The notes under the pieces: generated by a model | What the model was told of the DNA's origin: nothing | The model's database searches: none | The model's input: only the letters and a program-made list of their open reading frames with translations | Translations under genes and position numbers: made by a program | From: an uncultured Gemmatimonadales bacterium | Lineage (GTDB): Bacteria > Gemmatimonadota > Gemmatimonadetes > Gemmatimonadales > Gemmatimonadaceae | DNA length: 64,000 nucleotides | Direction: 5' to 3' | Assembly (NCBI GenBank): GCA_963701965.1 | Contig: OY969695.1 | Coordinates: 5,052,567-5,116,566, forward strand | Shown here: piece after piece, positions 58,815 to 64,000 of the stretch | Position numbering within the stretch: position 1 is the first letter of the stretch | Layout of the letters: every line of letters begins with the position of its first letter

Positions 58815-59875
58815 ATGGACCCGGCAGAGAAGCTTCCCGTAACCGTGCTCACCGGCTTCCTCGGCGCGGGCAAGACGACGCTGCTCAACCGCATCCTCAC
58901 CGGCATCACGGCAAGCGCTCGCGGTCATCGAGAACGAGTTCGGCGAGATCGGCATCGACAACAGCTCATCGTCGAGACCGACGAGGAGATCTTCGAGATG
59001 AACAACGGCTGCATCTGCTGCACCGTGCGCGGCGACCTGATCCGCATCTCGGCGAGCTCTAGCGCCAGCCGGCGCGCTTCGACGCGATCGTCATCGAGAC
59101 CACCGGCCTCGCCAACCCGGTGCCGGTGGCGCAGACCTTCTTGATCGACGAGGGGTCGCGCGAAGACGCGGCTCGACGCCATCGTCACCGTCGTCGATGC
59201 GAAGCACGTCGCCCTGCAGCTGAGGACAGCCGCGAGGCGAGCGAGCAGATCGCCTTCGCCGACGTCATGCTGCTCAACAAGACCGACCTTGTGTCGCCCG
59301 CCGAACTCGCCGAGGTCGAGGCGGTGATCCGCGCGGTGAATCCCTACGCGGAGATCCACCGGACCGAGCGCTCGGCGATAGCCTCGACCGCGTCCTCGAC
59401 CGCGGCGTGTTCGACCTGCAGCGGGCGCTGCGTCTCGAGCCCGACCTGCTCGAGCCGGAGGCGGCGCACGACCACGAGCATCACGAGTGCGACGAGGGCT
59501 GCAGTCACGAGCACCACCACCACCCTCACGCGGGGCACTACGACGGCAAGCCTTCGCCGGTGCACGATGTGACAGTCGGCTCGATCTCGCTGCGCACCGG
59601 CGAGCTCGATCCCGGCAAGTTCTTTCCCTGGATCCACGCGCTGACGCAGGCGCGCGGCCCGAGCATCCTGCGCATGAAGGGCATCCTCGCCTTTCGCGAC
59701 GAGCCTCGCCGATATGCGGGCAGGGGGTGCACATGATCGTCGAGGGCGATCACCAGCGCCGCTGGAAGGTGACGAGAAGCGCGAGAGCCGGCTCGTCTTC
59801 ATCGGCCGCGAGCTCGACCGCGACGCAATCGCGCAGGGTCTCGACGCTTGCCTCGCCGAGGAAACGCGGTGCTGA
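58815..59875 (+). CDS. CobW/COG0523 G3E GTPase metallochaperone (several frameshifts)
   Basis: LTGFLGAGKTTLLN, ENEFGE, NGCICC, NKTD, His-rich linker, ILRMKG. Confidence 0.88.
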
Positions 59876-60830
59876 GCGATTTCCGCAGCCACTGCCTCTT
59901 CGCGGCGTTCATCGGCGAGCTGCCGTTATTCGCCCTCGCCGACGGAACGGTGCGGCGGCCCGGCGCCGAGGTCGATTGCATCCAGGTCCATGCCGCGGCG
60001 TCGCTCGCCGCCGCGCGGGTCGCCGGCGAGGACGCGCTGCACACCAGTGGCGAGGACGGCCGGGTCTGCCGCACCGAGGCGAGCGGCGCTTGCCGCGAGG
60101 TCGGCGCAGTGCCGCGCAAATGGATCACGTCGCTCGGGCAGAGCAGGGGCCGGCTGGCGTATGCGTCGGGGAAGACGGTGTGGCTGCAGTCCTCCGCAGG
60201 CGATCGGCAGCTTCAGCACCAGCGCGGGGTTAAAGGCATCGCCTTCTCGCCCGACGGCAGCCGCCTCGCGGTCGCGCAGCAGGACTGCGTCAGCGTCCAC
60301 GACACGGAAGCCACGAGCGCGCCGCTCGAGCTGGCGTGGAACGACATTCACATCGCGTCGACGTTTTCGCCCGATGGCCGGTTTCTCGTGATCGCGTCGC
60401 AGAGCTCCTTCCTGCACGGCTGGCGCCTCGCCGATCGCAAGCACTTCCGCATGCTCGGCTACCGGGCGCGGGTCGCCGACTGGGCCTGGTCCTCGGACGC
60501 GCGCTCCTGGCCACCTCGGGTGCGTCGGCGGCGATTGTCTGGCCGTTCGACGGCGACGACGGGCCGATGACGCGCAACGCGGTCGAGGTCGCGCCGCGCC
60601 CCGGGCGAACGGTCACCGCCGTCGCCTGGAAGACCGGGACGCGGCGGCTCGCGATCGGCTGGGACGACGGCTGCGTGCAGGTCGCCGCGGCCGACGAGCC
60701 GATCTCGGTGCGGCCGCTGCGCGAAGGCGGGCGTGGAGCGATCACGTCGATTTCGTGGCACCCCGACGGCACCCGTCTCGCCTTCGGCAGCGCCGCCGGC
60801 GAGTGCGGCGCGACCCGGGCGGACGCATGA
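59869..60830 (+). CDS. WD40-repeat protein (frameshift near 60500)
   Basis: FSPDG twice, WHPDG, LHGWRL...RMLGY; a usual neighbour of cobW. Confidence 0.8.
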
Positions 60831-61627
60831 GCGCCGCGGTGCAAGAGGACGCTGGCGCCGACGAGCTGCCGGCAGGCATCGACAAGACGGTCGTGAAGAG
60901 CCTCGGCGTGCTCGAACGACTCATCGAGCACGGAAGCCCGACGAGAGTCACCGAGCTCGCCCTGTCGATGCGGCTGCAGAAAAGCAACGTGCACCGCATC
61001 CTATCGACGCTGCGCTTCATGGGCTACGTGCGGAGCAACCCCGACAGCAGTTACGAGCCGACGCTGCGGGTGTGGGAGCTCGGCCAGCGCATCCACGCCC
61101 AAATGGACCTGCCGGCCGCGGCGCGGCCGCACCTGAAGCGGCTGGTGCGGGAGACCGACGAGACCTCTCATCTCGCCGTCTTCGACGGCCGCGAGGTGGT
61201 CTACGTCGAGACGATCGAGACGGCGAACCCGGTGCGCGCGCACACGCCGCTCGGCGGTCGCGCGCCGGCATACTGCACCGCGTCGGGCAAGGCCCTGCTG
61301 TGCGGTCAGCCCCTGTCGGTCATCAGGGACGTCGCCAGGCAGAGCGTGCGTCACACGCCCTCGACGCTCAGGAAGCACGACGACCTGGTGCAAGCGCTGA
61401 AGCAGGCGCGCGAGCGCGGTTATGCGACCAACATCGGCGAGTTCCGCCCCAACGTCGCTGGCATCGCCGCGCCCGTGACGAACCGGCGCGGCGAGGTCGT
61501 TGCCGCGGTCGGCATCGCCGGCCCGCTCGACCGCCTTCGGCTGGCGCGCATCCGCCAACTCGCGCCGGCAGTAATCGCTGTCGCGAGGGACATCTCCGCC
61601 GCCCTCGGCGCGGAAATCAGTCACTAG
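60827..61627 (+). CDS. IclR family transcriptional regulator
   Basis: HTH KSNVHRILSTL; ETSHLAV, PAYCTASGKALL, RERGYA, IAAPV. Confidence 0.92.
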   Translation: MSAAVQEDAGADELPAGIDKTVVKSLGVLERLIEHGSPTRVTELALSMRLQKSNVHRILSTLRFMGYVRSNPDSSYEPTLRVWELGQRIHAQMDLPAAARPHLKRLVRETDETSHLAVFDGREVVYVETIETANPVRAHTPLGGRAPAYCTASGKALLCGQPLSVIRDVARQSVRHTPSTLRKHDDLVQALKQARERGYATNIGEFRPNVAGIAAPVTNRRGEVVAAVGIAGPLDRLRLARIRQLAPAVIAVARDISAALGAEISH

Positions 61628-61970
61628 GACCTGCGATGTGTGGCTTCAGCGTCATCGACAACATCTACCGCCCGTACGTCCCGCCCGCGGACGAAGTGGT
61701 GAGGCGAACGCGCGAGAACAAGGCGCCCGCGATGCCCGGCGAGCGCGTCCCCGAAGCGAGCTGGGCATTGTTCTTCGGTGCCTCGTGCGCGCCGATCTCG
61801 CCTGACCAGTTCCGCCGCATGTTCCACGGCGCGGCGCGCCGCCGTGACCTGGCTCGCCGTGCAGTCGTCGACCCGGCTGCGTCCGCCGCCGCCCAGCGCC
61901 TTCCGCTGCGTTCCCGATTGAACGTGGCATCCCTACCTGCAGCACTTCCTCCAGCAAGGACATCGTCACC

Positions 61971-62922
61971 ATGCAAGTCCGCAAGCTCCTGACGCGTTCC
62001 ATCGCGGCCGCCGGCGTCGCTCTGGTCGCGCTCGCCCCGGCGGCGGCGCAGACCGCCTTTCCGTCGAAGCCGGTCTCGATCGTCGTGGCCTTTCCGCCGG
62101 GAGGCGGTGCCGACCTGCTCGGGCGGCTGCTCGCGAAGAAGTACCAGGAAGCCTGGGGCCAGACCGTGATCGTGCTCAACCGTCCGGGCGCGGCGGGCCT
62201 GATCGGCGCCAAAGAAGTGGGCCGTGCGCCGCCCGACGGCCACACGCTGCTCGTCGGCGCGAGCGGCGCGGTCATGTCGGCCAACGAGGCAGAGCTCGCC
62301 CCGGTGGCGCTGCTGAGCACGCCGCCATACATCGTCGCGGTCAACGCGACGCTGCCCGTCAACACGCTGCGCGAGCTCGGGGTAGCCAAGGCGCGGCCCG
62401 ACGGATCGGTATCGTTCGCGTCGTCCGGCGCGGGGTCGGCGTCGCATCTCGCCGGCGAGCAGTTCCAGGCGCTGACGCAGACGAAGCTGACGCACGTGCC
62501 GTACAAGGGCCAGGGTCAGGCGGTGCAGGACCTCGTCGGCGGGCAGGTGACGGTGATGTTCGGGCCGCCGCCGGCGCTGCTGCCGCACATCAAGTCCGGG
62601 AAGCTCCGTGCGCTCGCGGTGACCGACACGCACCGCTCGCCACTCTTCAACGACATCCCTACCAGCGCCGAGGCGGGCGTACCGGGGCTCGAGGCGCGCG
62701 CCTGGTACGGCATCTTCGCGCCAGCAGGCCGCCGCGGTGATCGCCAAGATCAATACCGACACAATCAAGGCGCTCTCGGCGCCCGACGTGACCCAGACGC
62801 TCGCCCTGCAGGGCGCGACGCCGGCGGGCGGCGATCCGGCGACCTTCGCGGCCTTCCTGAAGACGGACATTGCCACCACCGAAGACCTGATGAAGAAGGC
62901 CGGCATTCCGCTGCAGCCGTGA
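61971..62922 (+). CDS. Bug/TctC tripartite tricarboxylate transporter substrate-binding protein (frameshift near 62730)
   Basis: FPSKPVSIVVAFPPGGGAD, NRPGAAG, APPDGHTL, HVPYKG, GKLRALAV. Confidence 0.9.
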
Positions 62923-62953
62923 CGAAGCTTCGAGCGAAAGAAGGAACGACGCG

Positions 62954-63639
62954 ATGATCTACGAGCTCAGGACCTACCAGGCCGGCGGCGGCCGCATGGC
63001 CGAGATGGCGAAGGTGATGGCGAGCGACTGCACGGCCATCCTCCAGCGCGCCAAGGTGCCGCGTCCGCTCGGCGCCTGGCACGCGGTCGTCGGACCGCGC
63101 CTGCCCGCGTTCGTCTGGATCCTCGCTTGGGGCCTCGCTCGACGAGCGCAACGCCGCCTGGGCCGCGTTCGGTGCCGACACCGAGTGGCAGCGAGTACGC
63201 GCCGCGAGGCATCGCCAAGACAGAGCTGACCGCTCGCGTCGATGTCCAGTTCATGGCCGCGTGGCCCGAGCCGGCGCTGGCGGAGGAGGCCGACCTCGCA
63301 CCGCCGGGCGGCGTCTGCCTGCTCGTGCTGCAGCGGGTGCACGCGGGGCAGGGCGGCGCGGCGCGGCAAGCGTTCCTCGCCACGGACCGCGCGGCGATCG
63401 AGGAGGCCGGGGGCAGGCTTCGAGGCCGCCTTCGACCTGCTGCCGACGACCTTCCCGTCATCGCAGCGATCGTGCGCTGGCCCGACGCGGCCGTGTGCGT
63501 CGCGGGCATGTCGACATACAACTCGCGTCTGAACGTGCACGCGGCGCGCGCCGCCGAGCGCGAGAGGCTCGGCTTCGACCTGTTCGGCGCGTCCGACCGC
63601 TTTCTGATGGTGAGCTCGTTGCCCTTCGGCACGATTTAG
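62954..63639 (+). CDS. NIPSNAP-family protein, two-domain (frameshifted)
   Basis: MIYELRTYQ...LGAW...GPRLPAFVWILAW; continues in the 63127-63639 frame. Confidence 0.68.
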
Positions 63640-63869
63640 CCGGTGCCCTAGGAGCCGCGGCGCCGTAGACAGCGCTTGCTCAATCTCGTGAGACCGCAAC
63701 GACCGCGCATCGAGAACCGGGCGGGTGTGCGCGGACTCTCGAACTCTTGCCAACGTAGCCAAAACGTAGCCAATCGAGTAACCCGAACGCTCTGCCAGAC
63801 ACCTCAACGCTCCTCATTTGCCACCGTGCGCACGTCCGTAGCCGGGTGGCCAGGGAGGGTAGGGAGCGC

Positions 63870-63914
63870 CTCTTAATCCGTAGGTCGAGTGTTCGAGTCA
63901 CTCAGGGCCCACCA
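63870..63914 (+). repeat. 3' fragment of tRNA-Lys(CTT): att core
   Basis: CTCTTAATCCGTAGGTCGAGTGTTCGAGTCACTCAGGGCCCACCA contains the anticodon loop, T-arm and CCA, but the D-arm and 5' acceptor strand are missing. Confidence 0.85.
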
Positions 63915-64000
63915 GTAATGACGACGGCTAGCCGGTTAGCACCTGCTAGCCGTTTGTCTTTACGTAGCCAAAACGTAGCTACGTTCGACTCCGTAACGCT

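Noticed and set aside
63840..63914. Complete tRNA-Lys gene
   Set aside because: The 5' half and anticodon-stem pairing are missing.

Overview
This high-GC window appears to be two joined segments. Segment A (1 to ~54,152) reads as the chromosome of a diderm bacterium. Its gene set (lpxC-fabZ fusion, bshC, Bat/MoxR operon, larC, DUF512) resembles Gemmatimonadota, which is my inference and not a search result. It seems to span the replication terminus: a clean 28-bp XerCD dif site lies at 7062-7089, the + strand switches from G-rich to C-rich near 6.2 kb, and gene orientation flips. Next to dif is an uncharacterised gene with two tandem Ner/Nlp-like HTH repeats, bracketed by DnaA-box-like 9-mers. 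This is my best candidate for an undescribed system. Segment A also holds a surface-glycosylation cluster, dapF, vapBC, a ~3.5-kb decaying island in tRNA-Arg(CCT) with 44-bp att repeats, and a Bat operon. Its housekeeping genes are apt, acyP, pcm, surE, gpsA, plsY, der, larC, uvrC, murJ, bshC, rlmH and gdhA. The lipid A/BAM operon includes gnnA-like and LpxJ-like genes, and a PopZ-like disordered protein and a possible structured ncRNA are also present. At ~54,152 a Clp ATPase 3' end is fused abruptly to the first codons of an unrelated ABC permease. Segment B (to 64,000) is a frameshift-rich, Betaproteobacteria-like catabolic cluster: SBP, two RidA, N-formylglutamate amidohydrolase, LVIVD, CobW, WD40, IclR, Bug and NIPSNAP. 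It ends at a tRNA-Lys 3' fragment with identical arm-like repeats on both sides. Segment B is probably a chimeric or low-accuracy read. No CRISPR array or rRNA was seen.
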